A stretch of DNA of 64,000 nucleotides, from positions 2,656,001-2,720,000 of the forward strand of contig CP181291.1 of assembly GCA_052279835.1 (NCBI GenBank). The letters run 5' to 3'. The first letter of the stretch is position 1. Each line of letters opens with the position of its first letter. A program made the position numbers and the translations under genes. Below are positions 39,529 through 50,580 of the stretch, piece after piece. Source of the DNA: Microcoleus sp. (GTDB lineage: Bacteria; Cyanobacteriota; Cyanobacteriia; Cyanobacteriales; Microcoleaceae). Under the pieces are notes generated by a model that had not been told where the DNA came from, did not search any database, and saw only the letters and a program-made list of their open reading frames with translations.

Positions 39529-42500
39529 TTATGCTGAGAGCGTGCGACGTTTAGTCACCATTCGGTAGGCTTCAATCATGTCGCCTTGGGCCCAGTCGGT
39601 AAACCCATTCAAGGAAATGCCACATTCAAAGCCAGTATTGACTTCCTTAGCATCTTCCTTCATCCGTTTCAGGGAGTCGAGGACACCTTCATAGACGACA
39701 TTGTTGCCACGGCGCACCCGCACCTTGCAGTTGCGAATGACCTTGCCAGAAAGTACCATACATCCAGCCACAGCTCCACGACCGATCGCGAACACAGCGC
39801 GCACTTCGACTTGACCCAGAGGTTCTTCCACCAGTTCTGGTTCCAGCAAGCCTTCCATCGCCCCTTGAATGTCATCCAAGAGGTTGTAGATGATGCTGTA
39901 TTCCCGCACGTCTACCCCTGCTTGGTCGGCTGCTTGGCGAGCGCCTGTGGCGAGGGTAGTATTGAACCCGATAATCACGGCATTACTAGCCGCGGCGAGG
40001 TCAACGTCGGTTTCTGTGACTTCTCCAGGAGCAGATAGCAGCAATCGGAGTTGAACTTCTTTTTGAGGAAGTTGGGTCAGAGCGCCGACAATGGCTTCTA
40101 GGGAGCCTTGGACATCTGCCTTCAAGATCAAGTTGAGTTCCTTGAGAACGCCTTCCTTAGCTTGTTGAGAGAAGCCACTGAGGCTGATTCTGCCACCTTG
40201 CAACAGACGGGAATCTCGTTGGGATGTAGCTCTGCCGCTGGCGATCGCCGCTGCTTCTTTTTCGTTGGCGAAGACATCGAATTCGTCTCCAGCACGAGGC
40301 ACTTCTCGCAGCCCCAGCACTTCCACCGCAAAAGATGGACTTGCTTGTTCGACGCGAGCGCCCCGATCGTCGATCATAGCCCGCACCTTACCCAAGGCCG
40401 AGCCTGCGACCACAATATCGCCTACCCGCAGAGTACCGTTTTGGACTAGCAGAGTTGCCACCGGACCCCTTGCCTTGTCGAGGTGAGCTTCAATCACCGT
40501 ACCCTTAGCCGAGCGATTCGGGTTGGCGTTGAGGTCTTCCATTTCCGCGACTGTCAAGATCATTTCCAACAACGTATCGAGGTTTTCGCCTCGGATCGCG
40601 CTGACTGGAACCATCGTGACATCGCCACCCCAATCGTCTGCAACCAAGCCGTACTCTGTCAGCTCTTGCTTCACCCGTTCCGGCTGAGCGCCCTCCTTGT
40701 CAATTTTATTGATCGCCACGACAATTGGCACTTTAGCCGCTTTGGCGTGACTGATCGCTTCAATTGTTTGGGGTCGCACACCGTCATCGGCCGCCACCAC
40801 CAAGATAGCAACGTCTGTGACACGAGTTCCGCGAGCACGCATTGCTGTAAAGGCTTCGTGACCAGGAGTATCCAAAAATACCACCTGCTGGCTCTTGCCT
40901 TCGTGTTCCACATCTACGTGGTAAGCACCAATGTGCTGGGTAATACCGCCAGCTTCTCCCTGAGCCACCTTAGTTTTGCGGATCGAGTCGAGCAAGGTAG
41001 TTTTACCATGATCCACGTGACCCATAATCGTGACTACTGGCGGACGGCGTTGGAGGTATTCCAAATCACCTTCCTCCACCATACCGGTTACTTTGATAGC
41101 TGGGGCTACTTTTTCAGGGGTTTCTACCTCTATGCCCATTTCTTCAGCTACCATTCTCACCGCTGCAATGTCCAAGGTTTCGGTAATGTTGACCGCAATA
41201 CCTTTAGAGAACAGCCGCTTGATAATTTCGGTTTCGGGAACAGCCAGAGTAGCTGCCAGTTCCTGAACGGTCATCGGCCTGCTCAGCACCAGTGTTTCTG
41301 GACGTTCTACTTTTGTTTCGGCTGCTTTGCCACGATTATTACCCCGTCCTCCACTGGCACCAGAGGAGCTCTTATCGTGAGAAGGGCCCGGTCTCTTATT
41401 TTTGCCACTGCTTCCGGGTGCACCCGGAGTTGGTGTTGATTTGGCTGCTGCTGGTGACTTCGCCTTAGCAGGGCGGGCTAGGGACAAGCTGACCATTACT
41501 GGTGCTGGCATATCCAAGCCATTTTCTAAGTCATCATCATCCTCATCGATGGGTTTTAGGCGAGAACGTTTGACCTTACCAGCTTTGGCTGCTTTGCTAG
41601 CTGCATCTGGGTTTTCGTCATCATCTTCTTCCCAAATGACCTGTGTCTTTTTGGCTGGCTTTGGCAGCGTCGGCTTAGGAAGGAGAAGAGTATCCAGCAA
41701 CAACGACGTATCGTCTCCGTCATCGTCTCCGTCTTCTCCGGTGGCTGAGATGTCACTGCCCCGGCTGCGCAGCCCGGCGGCTGAAGTTGCGGGGGCAAGG
41801 CTCCGGCGCGGGCCGCCTGGGCTTGGTCGTTCTGCCAGTTGAGTTTTGACGCTTCCGGGTCCATCGAGGCGCGGTCTTTGGGCGCGAGATTCGGTACCAC
41901 CGGCCGCTGGTCTGGTGGGTCGAGTCGGTTTAGCAGGTGCTTCCCGACTTTCTGCCTGTTCTGATTGTTCTTGCTCAGTTTTGGCAACTTTGATGATCGG
42001 CCTATTTCCCTGAGTCAGTTGGGTGCGATTAGCAGACTCTCCGGCGGGTCTGACTGGTGGCGATGTCAGCTTTGCCGACGGCCCCGGAGGGGTGCTGGCA
42101 ACGCGCTGAATTCGTTCGGGGGCTTTTTCCAAGGACGGTTGGGCTGCTATCGTTGCCGGAGCCTCGGTGTTGGTTTCTGGGTCGATATCACCTACAGTTT
42201 GAGACACTGTTGCTGACGAAGGCGCTGCTGATGGAGCATTCGGCTTCGACAGTACGGGTCGATTGATATTTGGCTTAGCCGGAGGTTGGAGCTGTTGAGC
42301 CGCTGGAGATTTGGGAGGAGTGGCGACGGTTGCCTGTGTGTTTTTTCTCTCCTCGTTCCCCGGCTGCTGGGAGTTTGCACCAGCCTGGGGTCGTACTTTT
42401 GGACTGCGTATTTCTAAAATTTGCTGCTTTTTTTGTTGATCGTTAGGATGAGGGCCAGATTCTCTAGATGGCGCTGCTGCTCTTTCGGGGGGAGCTGGCT

Positions 42501-42690
42501 TGCCGGGGGAAGAGTGGCTGGCTACGTATTTTTCCGCCGTTTTGCGAATGCGTTCTGCTTCTGATTCTGTGATTGTGCTGCTGTGGCTCTTGACTGAAAT
42601 ATTGAGCCGCTCGCACACTGCCAAGATGTCTTTATTATCCAAATTTAGTTCCCGTGATAACTCGTAAATTCTTACTTTGCCGTTGTTCAT
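39529..42690 (-). CDS. infB: Translation initiation factor IF-2
   Basis: [17 protein letters not shown] and NKID motifs; long cyanobacterial N-terminus. Confidence 0.98.
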   Translation of the reverse strand: MNNGKVRIYELSRELNLDNKDILAVCERLNISVKSHSSTITESEAERIRKTAEKYVASHSSPGKPAPPERAAAPSRESGPHPNDQQKKQQILEIRSPKVRPQAGANSQQPGNEERKNTQATVATPPKSPAAQQLQPPAKPNINRPVLSKPNAPSAAPSSATVSQTVGDIDPETNTEAPATIAAQPSLEKAPERIQRVASTPPGPSAKLTSPPVRPAGESANRTQLTQGNRPIIKVAKTEQEQSEQAESREAPAKPTRPTRPAAGGTESRAQRPRLDGPGSVKTQLAERPSPGGPRRSLAPATSAAGLRSRGSDISATGEDGDDDGDDTSLLLDTLLLPKPTLPKPAKKTQVIWEEDDDENPDAASKAAKAGKVKRSRLKPIDEDDDDLENGLDMPAPVMVSLSLARPAKAKSPAAAKSTPTPGAPGSSGKNKRPGPSHDKSSSGASGGRGNNRGKAAETKVERPETLVLSRPMTVQELAATLAVPETEIIKRLFSKGIAVNITETLDIAAVRMVAEEMGIEVETPEKVAPAIKVTGMVEEGDLEYLQRRPPVVTIMGHVDHGKTTLLDSIRKTKVAQGEAGGITQHIGAYHVDVEHEGKSQQVVFLDTPGHEAFTAMRARGTRVTDVAILVVAADDGVRPQTIEAISHAKAAKVPIVVAINKIDKEGAQPERVKQELTEYGLVADDWGGDVTMVPVSAIRGENLDTLLEMILTVAEMEDLNANPNRSAKGTVIEAHLDKARGPVATLLVQNGTLRVGDIVVAGSALGKVRAMIDDRGARVEQASPSFAVEVLGLREVPRAGDEFDVFANEKEAAAIASGRATSQRDSRLLQGGRISLSGFSQQAKEGVLKELNLILKADVQGSLEAIVGALTQLPQKEVQLRLLLSAPGEVTETDVDLAAASNAVIIGFNTTLATGARQAADQAGVDVREYSIIYNLLDDIQGAMEGLLEPELVEEPLGQVEVRAVFAIGRGAVAGCMVLSGKVIRNCKVRVRRGNNVVYEGVLDSLKRMKEDAKEVNTGFECGISLNGFTDWAQGDMIEAYRMVTKRRTLSA

Positions 42691-43113
42691 CCACTCTGCC
42701 CTCTGTTATGCCAACCAGTTTTTACATTTTGATTTTTTGTTCTAATGACGACATCATTCGCTGTGATTGATTTCAGTGTCAGGAATCGGGGTTTTGGTAC
42801 TCTCTCAGCAGTTCCATCTATAAAAATGCAACCTAGCTGAAGTCTGCGATCGGAGAATTCTCAAGTTTTTTTGAGAACTTAGAACTCAGAAGTCTAAGTT
42901 TTGGCAAAAGCCACTTTCTCCAACTTCTTAGTTCCCTTTTCTACCTTGAGGATACCTCTGCTAGTACCCCACCCTTATCTAATCTGACACAAATCTTTCC
43001 AGACTGGTGGGCAGATCGGATTGGGGTTTTAGTGGTCGCACTACCGGTAATTACAGGTAGGGCTGCCAAGAGGGTTTGTACGGAGGAAGCCGAGGGTTTG
43101 TCGGCTTTGACCT

Positions 43114-43380
43114 TTAAGAGGCGCAGTCAGAGGTGGCTAAACGCTGCCAAAGTTTTTGGTACAGTTCGTCAGACACAGGCGCTTTGAGCGATCGCCCAAG
43201 TCGATTTTTTTTCTGAGCTGCTTTGAGGCATTCTGCTTGCGGACAAAGGTAAGCTGAACGACCCATGCCAAGATCTAATTGTACCTGATGAGAAGGATAG
43301 ACCCTGACTACTCTCCAAAAAGCTTCTTTTGGAGCTACTTTTCGACAACTTGCACAGCATCGGTAGTTCGGTTTCATCAT
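43114..43380 (-). CDS. ylxR: YlxR/DUF448 RNA-binding protein
   Basis: R-C-x2-C and GRSAYLC motifs; located between nusA and infB. Confidence 0.9.
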   Translation of the reverse strand: MMKPNYRCCASCRKVAPKEAFWRVVRVYPSHQVQLDLGMGRSAYLCPQAECLKAAQKKNRLGRSLKAPVSDELYQKLWQRLATSDCAS

Positions 43381-43389
43381 TTACGTCAT

Positions 43390-44670
43390 TTACGATCGGA
43401 CCCTGGCTTCGGTTTCGTCGATTGTGCCGACATCTTCTGCCTCCGATGAACTTTCCTGGTCCTCCTGGAATTCTGCTTCTTCCTCTGCTGCTAGTCGATC
43501 GAGTGTAGTCTCTTCTGCTGCCAATTTACTGTCTTCTGCCTCACGATCGTACTTAGCAATATCTTTGATATCGATTTTCCAACCTGTGAGGCGGGCTGCG
43601 AGGCGGACGTTTTGACCTTCTTTACCGATCGCCAGACTAAGTTGGTCTTCAGCGACCAAAATGTGTGCTCGCCTGCCTTCTGGCGCAACTAAACGCACTT
43701 CATCTACCCTAGCCGGACTCAGAGCATTAGCAATATAAGTTGCGGGGTCTGGAGACCAGCGAATCACATCGATTTTTTCCCCCCGCAATTCGTTAACTAC
43801 TACCTGAATCCGCGATCCCCGCGCTCCGATGCAGGCTCCTACGGGGTCTACGTCTCGATCGAGAGTATCAACTGCTATTTTAGTCCGGGGACCGACGTGA
43901 CGGGAAGGGGGATTTGCCTCTCTAGCTACGGCAACAATTCTCACCACTCCGTCTTCTATTTCGGGCACTTCGTTGGCAAATAAATAAACTACCAAACCTG
44001 CGTCTGCTCTAGAGACAAGTAACTGCGGTCCTCTAGTAGAGCCTTCGCCTACTTTTTTGAGGTACACCTTAAATGTAGCATTGGCGCGGTAATTATCATT
44101 GGGCAACTGTTCGCGCTTCGGGAGTTCGGCATCTACTTCTGGCTGACCAAAACTGCTAGTGACTGCTAAAATTACCGACTGTCTCTCAAACCTGAGCACT
44201 CTTGCTTGAAGAACAGTTTCTTCTAAATCTTTAAACTCTTCTTGAATCATTTTGCGCTGTTGGTCGCGCAGTTTTTGAGCCAGCACTTGTTTAGTCTGGA
44301 TGGCTGCCATCCGACCAAATTCTTTTTGATTTGGCGTTACGTCTACCAGCACGATGCTACCCGGTTGAGCTTCTGTGGCTACTTCCTGCACTTCGGAAAG
44401 TGCTATTTCGTGATCGGGATTGACGACTTCTTCGACAATAGTTTTGTTGGCTAAAACGCGAAAACCTTCTTGTTCTGCATCTAGTTCTACATCAAAATTA
44501 TCAAAGTATTCTTCACTGAAATGGTCTAATTTTTGGGTGCGACGGTAGCGTTCGTATCCTTTGAGGAGGGCTTCTCGTAAGGCTGCTTGAACTGCGTGTT
44601 TGGGCAAGTTTCTTTCTTTGCTAATACCTTCGACCATTTCTTTGAGTCCGGGCAGAGGAACCATTGACAT
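43390..44670 (-). CDS. nusA: Transcription termination factor NusA
   Basis: FGRMAAIQTKQV, GACIGARGSRIQ and AIGKEGQNVRLA; start at MSMVPL after AGGAG. Confidence 0.97.
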   Translation of the reverse strand: MSMVPLPGLKEMVEGISKERNLPKHAVQAALREALLKGYERYRRTQKLDHFSEEYFDNFDVELDAEQEGFRVLANKTIVEEVVNPDHEIALSEVQEVATEAQPGSIVLVDVTPNQKEFGRMAAIQTKQVLAQKLRDQQRKMIQEEFKDLEETVLQARVLRFERQSVILAVTSSFGQPEVDAELPKREQLPNDNYRANATFKVYLKKVGEGSTRGPQLLVSRADAGLVVYLFANEVPEIEDGVVRIVAVAREANPPSRHVGPRTKIAVDTLDRDVDPVGACIGARGSRIQVVVNELRGEKIDVIRWSPDPATYIANALSPARVDEVRLVAPEGRRAHILVAEDQLSLAIGKEGQNVRLAARLTGWKIDIKDIAKYDREAEDSKLAAEETTLDRLAAEEEAEFQEDQESSSEAEDVGTIDETEARVRS

Positions 44671-44812
44671 ATAAAACACTCCTTTTTGTAATTGGGTAAT
44701 CGGGCCTTGGGCAGTTGTGCCCCGCCTAGTCGAAGTATCGGTAATCGGCAATTGCCGAGGGTAAATTATGAGTGATGAGGGATTAGGTGAACTCAAGACT
44801 CAAAACTTCCTT

Positions 44813-45280
44813 TTACATCTCTTTTCCTTCGTCTAGTTCAACTTTGGCAATCTGAAGACGGGGAATTTTAATTTGTCGTCCTTTTTGATTGAGATAAACT
44901 GTTGTTTCATCGCGACCCACCAGTAGTCCTTTCCACTCTTTGATTCGCGATTCCGGTTCGGTGGCTTTGACTGTGACGGGGAAACCTTTAAAGGTAATGA
45001 ATTCTCGATCGCTGCTGAGCAATCGGGATATACCAGGACTGGAAATCTCTAGCACGTAGGCATCGGGTATGATGTCGGCTGCGTCTAATTCTGGTTCGAG
45101 AGCTATGCTCATCCGCTCGCAGTCGGCTAAACCGATGTCTTGCTGGACGTTGCGGATGTCTATCCGTAAGACTGGTGGATTTTGGTTGGTGTGAAACACT
45201 GCTCCCACTACTTCCAATCCCAGTGTTTCGGCAACGGGGGTAGCTAAGTCAATGATTTGTGGGATTAGGGGATGAGTCAT
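44813..45280 (-). CDS. rimP: Ribosome maturation factor RimP
   Basis: [12 protein letters not shown] motif; first gene of the nusA-infB operon. Confidence 0.95.
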   Translation of the reverse strand: MTHPLIPQIIDLATPVAETLGLEVVGAVFHTNQNPPVLRIDIRNVQQDIGLADCERMSIALEPELDAADIIPDAYVLEISSPGISRLLSSDREFITFKGFPVTVKATEPESRIKEWKGLLVGRDETTVYLNQKGRQIKIPRLQIAKVELDEGKEM

Positions 45281-45383
45281 ATTGAATATTTAAGCTAAAA
45301 CTCCTGAACTCGGACACGGGCCTGGATCAGTCCTAAACTTGCAAGTCTGATGCCCTGAGCTTTTTTCCTGCGACTAATGCAAC

Positions 45384-45408
45384 AAAAAAAGTGGGCTTGA
45401 CCCACTGC
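45384..45408 (-). promoter_or_regulatory. rimP leader terminator/attenuator hairpin
   Basis: Minus strand GCAGTGGGTCAAGCCCACTTTTTTT about 105 nt upstream of rimP; matches the known rimP-leader pattern. Confidence 0.75.
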
Positions 45409-45905
45409 TTCATAAAACTTACCTAGACTTACCCAAAGCTATCCTTTGGATAATTAGTGTTCACTTCCTACGCTGTTGGGTGGTCGGCCATCCCAAGATA
45501 AGTAGGCTAGCCCCCTCAAGCCGAGGGTTGTTTCCAGTTGAAAATGTTCTCTCCTGGCGTTTAAATCGCGGTAAATTGACATACCACAAACAGGACTATC
45601 ATCAGTCCTGAGACTCAGTAGTGAAGTTTGAGAACTATCTCCGGTATCAAATATTGCACAATTGTCAAAAAGTTTTTGAGGGGCGGGCCATAAGATCCCC
45701 ACTCCACAAGCAAATTTACTTTTTGTGCAACAAGCATTTTGCCTGTTGGCAACAGAGGTACAAGCTTTGAGTTCGATCGCAGTTAATCTCAAATCTCAGT
45801 TTAGCTCGATCGCCCGCCCAGTGACAAACCCCGTTGGGATCTCGGCGATTCGCCGACGGGGGGGAGTGGGGACAGAAGCGGGAAAATCTTCCATCTTCCA
45901 TCTTC

Positions 45906-47357
45906 CTAACGCGGGGCTATGCGTTGCAGTTCTTTGGCTTGTTCTAAAATTTTCTCGAAGTCTTCTTCACTCAACCGCTGGATGTAGTTGATTTTAAACT
46001 CTTCCAGGAAGTCGCAAAGCAACATTTGTATTTCTTGCCAAGTTTGCTGCTGTTGCAGTTCAGCTCCCAAAGCTTGCCCGAAATGCTGGACTAGCTGGCC
46101 TGAGAGTTTGGTTCCTATAGGGTCTTCGCTGGCGATTTTGAAGGCTTCGTAGGCATCTTGGGGACCGAGTGTGGCTAGTTTCGAGAGTTCTGCCACTAAT
46201 TGCTCTGCTAGCTGTGCAGGCAGGTTTCCCAATCCGGGTACTTGCTTCCATCCTTGATAAAGGGGGGATTGTTTGAGAAATAGTTCTATATTGTAACGCA
46301 GGAGGGCTTCTAGGTCTGGCTGGAGTTGAGGGAGGACTTTGTAGACGGTGATTTGGACTAAATGAGTGGCGATCGCTTCTATTTCGTTGATATTATTAAT
46401 GTCTAAATATCGCTGTTTCTGAGATTGAAAAAGTTGCTTGGCTAGTTCGCCACTACTAATTGATTGTTGCATCTGGTTGATGAGCTGAATTACCACTACT
46501 TCTGTTAATTCTTGGGCAAAGTTGGCGACGAAACCCCGGCTGATTTGGGTGCGAATGGGTTGGAGATCCGGCATTTTGGCTTGGTGGATGCGGATGGTGA
46601 CAGTTAATACTCGCAATAGTCGCCAGCATGGGATCAGCATGAAAATGTCGTACCACCGCCAGAGCATGGCTGCCCGCCAAGTGACGCTGCGGTGGCGGCG
46701 ACTGATGGTGTAGGTGCGGGCTAAAAATTCGATCGCAAATATGAGAATAAATGGGAGGTCAATTTTCCAAAAATTGTCGGTAAATTCGCCGTTTTCTCCG
46801 ATCGCCCGGTAATAGTTAGTGGCGATTAATGGCTTGATTTTGGCATCAAACCAGTTGATTTCTGTTGGCCAACCTTGTCTGGTTAAATAGTCTTGGCTCC
46901 AGAATGTTTTGAATGATTGTTTGGCAGAGTCTTCTGGGTTGGGAGCGCGATCGCGGATTCTGTCTTTAATTTTTTCTAGCGTGCCGCTTTTTGATGCTAC
47001 TCGAAAGGGGTCTTCGTCGATCATTTTGGCACTCAGATTGTCTAGTTCCTGCAATTTAGCTGTTACTTGAGGAGAGGCTAAGCCTGTTTGCACTACTTGA
47101 TTTTTTAATTCATCTAAGCTTTCTAGATATTTTTGGGTATCTCGGTGGGGTTGAATTCCTTTAAATGGATCGTAGACTTGGGTGAGGAGGGGCAGTTGCC
47201 GGCAGTAGAAATCGCGCCACGGAACGTAACTGATGTCAAATAATACTAGGCTTAAATTTCCGAGTGCTATCAAGGCCATTAAGCGCTCGAACCACGGTAT
47301 TTTGGGAGATTTTTTGGGGGATTTGGAATTTTTAGATGGCTGAAGTTTGAGTGTCAT
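45906..47357 (-). CDS. Conserved cyanobacterial membrane hypothetical protein
   Basis: 483-aa ORF with TM segments, including an ion-transport-like W-x2-LRVL segment. Confidence 0.75.
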   Translation of the reverse strand: MTLKLQPSKNSKSPKKSPKIPWFERLMALIALGNLSLVLFDISYVPWRDFYCRQLPLLTQVYDPFKGIQPHRDTQKYLESLDELKNQVVQTGLASPQVTAKLQELDNLSAKMIDEDPFRVASKSGTLEKIKDRIRDRAPNPEDSAKQSFKTFWSQDYLTRQGWPTEINWFDAKIKPLIATNYYRAIGENGEFTDNFWKIDLPFILIFAIEFLARTYTISRRHRSVTWRAAMLWRWYDIFMLIPCWRLLRVLTVTIRIHQAKMPDLQPIRTQISRGFVANFAQELTEVVVIQLINQMQQSISSGELAKQLFQSQKQRYLDINNINEIEAIATHLVQITVYKVLPQLQPDLEALLRYNIELFLKQSPLYQGWKQVPGLGNLPAQLAEQLVAELSKLATLGPQDAYEAFKIASEDPIGTKLSGQLVQHFGQALGAELQQQQTWQEIQMLLCDFLEEFKINYIQRLSEEDFEKILEQAKELQRIAPR

Positions 47358-48104
47358 TCTATTTGGTCGTTTGGATGATAAATTGGGGATATTTCAAAAA
47401 ACTAGGCTCAATTATTTCAGGTCATTAACTGCTGTTTTTACTCCATAATAACTGCGTGGTTTTATTAAATTATACTAGAATTATTTTGAGGTATCATACT
47501 TTTGGTATTTTTTTAAAAATTGTGGCATTTGGTAAAATTTATTGTTAACAATAATACATATATTCACAGAAAACATAGAAAGCAACTAAGCCGATAGGTA
47601 GGATTTATTAATGCCTATTTGTAACAGTACAATTAGATATTTTAGGCAATGACAAATTTCTGGGGGGTCGATCAGAAGTGGGCGCTCCTATTGGAATTAC
47701 TCTGGATAGATGAGTTGACCTGATTGTTTTATTGTACTCAGGATGGGAGCGATCGAGTATGGTGTCTGTTTTAGGCTCTACAGGCTGGCAGTGGCAAAAA
47801 TTGAAAGTAGTTGGGGCGATGGGCCTTTTTGACTGCTAAATGACAACTGGTTGGGATGAAGCTCTGTTTGTGGAATATACTGCATCGATCAAGCTTCGGT
47901 GTCAAACTGGGACTCTGAGTTTGAGGTAAAAGGCTCAAGAGAGCTATACTTGCTGTGGGGCAGTCTGGCGAGAACTCCCCTCAGCTTACCCCAGGCAGCC
48001 TCTGTGCTGATGTTCTGAGTTTTGCGCCCAAAAAAACAGCTCGCGATCGCACTCTTGAATAAAAGGACACTCTGAGTATAATTTTGTTCACCCGTTTTTA
48101 ATAT

Positions 48105-49610
48105 ATGACCTACTGCCTTAATCTCGATTGCCCAAAAGACAAGCGTCAGAACCCACCAGGCACGAAGTATTGTCTTAATTGCGGTTCTAAATTGCTGCTA
48201 AAAGACCTTTATGCAGCAACTGAACCGCTGCGCGATGGGGGATTTGGCAGAACTTTTCGGGCTGTTAATCACGGGAAGTTTGAAGAAATGTGCGTAATCA
48301 AACAGTTGTCGCCACCACAGGAATTTCAGCGGAAACCGAGTCATTTTAAAAAGTATGTCAGGTTGTTTGAACAAGAAGCAAGACGGCTCTATGAACTCAA
48401 ACATCCCCAAATCCCACAGTTAATTTCTTATTTTGAGGAAGATGGGCGCTTGTATTTAGTACAAGAGTTTATTGATGGCAATAACTTAAAGGATGAGTTA
48501 GAAAAATATGGTGCTTATAGCGAAATTAAAACTAGAGAACTGCTCTTAGATTTGTTGCCTTTGCTGAATTTTGTTCATGAGCGGAATGTAATTCACCGCG
48601 ATATTAAGCCGGAAAACGTGATTCGCCGCAATCGCGATCGCAAATTGGTACTGATCGATTTTGGGGTTTCTAAACAGGTAGTAGCAGCAGCTCCTAGCCA
48701 AGCAGGAACTAAGTTGGGAACTCCGGGCTATGCGGCTCTAGAACAGCGGCACGGTAAGGCTGTTCCTGCTAGCGACCTTTACAGTTTGGGGGTGACTTGC
48801 ATTCGCTTGCTGACTTCTGTGATGCCTTATTTGGATATCTACGGAGACATTCATGATGACCTTTATGACCCCCTAGAAGGTCGCTGGCTGTGGAGGGAGG
48901 CTTTGCCTAAAGGTACAAAGATTAGCCAAGATTTAGGGCAGATTTTGGATAAGTTGATTCAGGAGTATGTTAAAGACCGCTATAAATCGGCTCTGGAAGT
49001 TTTGGAGGTTTTAAGACCTACTTCTGTGGTTGTTGTACCATCAGTGCCCAAGTCGCAGCAACCAACAGTTGTTGTTAGTCCTTCTATACCCACTCAACCG
49101 GTAACTCAAACTCCGCTAGTTTCCGTTAATTTAGAATCGGAAAAAGGTATTGATTATTCTCTATTGGAAAGACTGCTGACTGAGAAAAATTGGCGTGCTG
49201 CGGATGAGGAAACTTCTGTGAAAATGTTGGAGGTGATGGAGCAAACCTCAAGAGGTTATTTGAGTGAGGAAGATATTAGGAAGTTTCCGGGTAAGGATTT
49301 ACAGACTATCGACCAACTTTGGGTGCGTCACAGTCATCGCCGATTCGGTTTTTCGGTGCAAAAGGGTCTGTGGGTAAAGTCTGGTGGAAAGCCTGGAGTT
49401 TATGATGCTACTGTTTGGGAAAAGTTTGGCGATCGTGTGGGATGGCGGATTAATAATCAATGGGTATACTATTCGGAGATAAATTTTACTTCTAAGGCGA
49501 AGCCTGGACATTTGCCTGGTGGGACTGTTTTTGGATGGGAAGGTGGGGTTTTGTGCGGTGTTTTGGGTTTGGGTGGGATTTGGTTTTTGTTGTCACGGCG
49601 AGATGTGTAA
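48105..49610 (+). CDS. Ser/Thr protein kinase with N-terminal 4-Cys ribbon and C-terminal GUN4 domain
   Basis: YCLN-x2-C...C-x2-CG; HRDIKPEN, DFG and SDLYSLG; GUN4 motifs W-x2-ADEET, IDQLW, FGFSVQK and GHLP. Confidence 0.92.
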   Translation: MTYCLNLDCPKDKRQNPPGTKYCLNCGSKLLLKDLYAATEPLRDGGFGRTFRAVNHGKFEEMCVIKQLSPPQEFQRKPSHFKKYVRLFEQEARRLYELKHPQIPQLISYFEEDGRLYLVQEFIDGNNLKDELEKYGAYSEIKTRELLLDLLPLLNFVHERNVIHRDIKPENVIRRNRDRKLVLIDFGVSKQVVAAAPSQAGTKLGTPGYAALEQRHGKAVPASDLYSLGVTCIRLLTSVMPYLDIYGDIHDDLYDPLEGRWLWREALPKGTKISQDLGQILDKLIQEYVKDRYKSALEVLEVLRPTSVVVVPSVPKSQQPTVVVSPSIPTQPVTQTPLVSVNLESEKGIDYSLLERLLTEKNWRAADEETSVKMLEVMEQTSRGYLSEEDIRKFPGKDLQTIDQLWVRHSHRRFGFSVQKGLWVKSGGKPGVYDATVWEKFGDRVGWRINNQWVYYSEINFTSKAKPGHLPGGTVFGWEGGVLCGVLGLGGIWFLLSRRDV

Positions 49611-49770
49611 TTATTGGTTATTGGTTATTGGTTATTGGTTATTGGTTATTGGTTATTTGTTATTTGTTATTGGTTATTTGTTATTGGTTATTTGTTATTC
49701 CCAATTCCCAATTCCCAATTCCCCATTCCCCATTCCCAATTCCCCATTCCCCATTCCCAATTCCCCATTC
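49611..49770. repeat. Bipartite STRR array: (TTATTGG/TTATTTG)n then (ATTCCCA/ATTCCCC)n
   Basis: About 12 + 10 heptamers immediately after the kinase stop codon. Confidence 0.92.
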
Positions 49771-49958
49771 GCCTAAATGATGTGTTTTTTATAAATGAGC
49801 TATAAAAATAAGCAGCAAATAAGATATAATCACAAACTATTTTTTTGTGATATGTTTTGAGAGAAGGGCAAGTTTACAAAGTCAAAATCCAGTCCTCAGC
49901 GCTGTCTCAGCATGGTTGACTGGCTTTGGCTCCCATTGAAAAAGGAGATATATCTATT

Positions 49959-50138
49959 ATGCTGCAAGAAAAATGTCTGAAGCCGTGGACTGTGGTTCGA
50001 TCGCTTCCGAATTTGGAAAAGGTGGTTGTAGGTCAGTTTCGTAGTTGGTCTGATGCAGACGGTCACTTGCAAATTCTCAAGCGCATGGTTCCGGCCGACA
50101 GGTTGACTGTTGTGTTCGATCCTGTAGTTCCAGCCTGA
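49959..50138 (+). CDS. Small cyanobacterial hypothetical protein
   Basis: AAGGAG upstream of the ATG; PW-x2-VR...FRSWSDADGHL motif; paralogous fragment at 61345-61458. Confidence 0.7.
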   Translation: MLQEKCLKPWTVVRSLPNLEKVVVGQFRSWSDADGHLQILKRMVPADRLTVVFDPVVPA

Positions 50139-50580
50139 TCCACTACGCACTGATAACTTTGGCGAGGCAAACAAGACCCTTCGTAGCTGTATACACACAT
50201 TTACCAAAATATAGCGTGCATTAGGTAGATACTGCGAAGGTGGAGGAACAGGAGCAGAGTTTCCCACCCGATAAATGGGAGTCTCCTTTGGAGATTGTCT
50301 CTTTCCTAAAAACTGGAATTGTGAGAATTTTTAGATGTGGGTGATTGACAGTTGCCCACATTTGTTTACTCAATCAATGATATCGTTTCCGGTTGTATTG
50401 GAATGATTTAACCTTACTAGAACACAGAGGACACAGAGGGAGAGAATAGAGATCTGAATAATTCAGATGCTACGGGATTTGATATGATTAGAGGGTTGGC
50501 CGATCGACTGTCAGTAGCCACAGTGGTCTGGAAAAGAAAACGCTAACATAAAAGAAATTATACAATTTCGGAGTTAATAC

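Noticed and set aside
40483..41439. 318-aa plus-strand ORF opposite infB
   Set aside because: Antisense shadow of a conserved gene, with no recognisable motifs.
44671..44796. N-terminal extensions in the ORF track for nusA (also ycf37, cheC, rhomboid, first Uma2)
   Set aside because: Downstream starts fit the family N-termini, ribosome-binding sites or gene overlaps better.
47360..48100. Long intergenic region upstream of the kinase as a possible DGR template repeat or ncRNA
   Set aside because: No similarity seen to the kinase 3' end, no AAC-rich tract and no convincing structure or ORF.
49519..49805. Three overlapping short ORFs with repetitive peptides
   Set aside because: Artefacts of heptamer STRR arrays; the same applies to 31004-31234.
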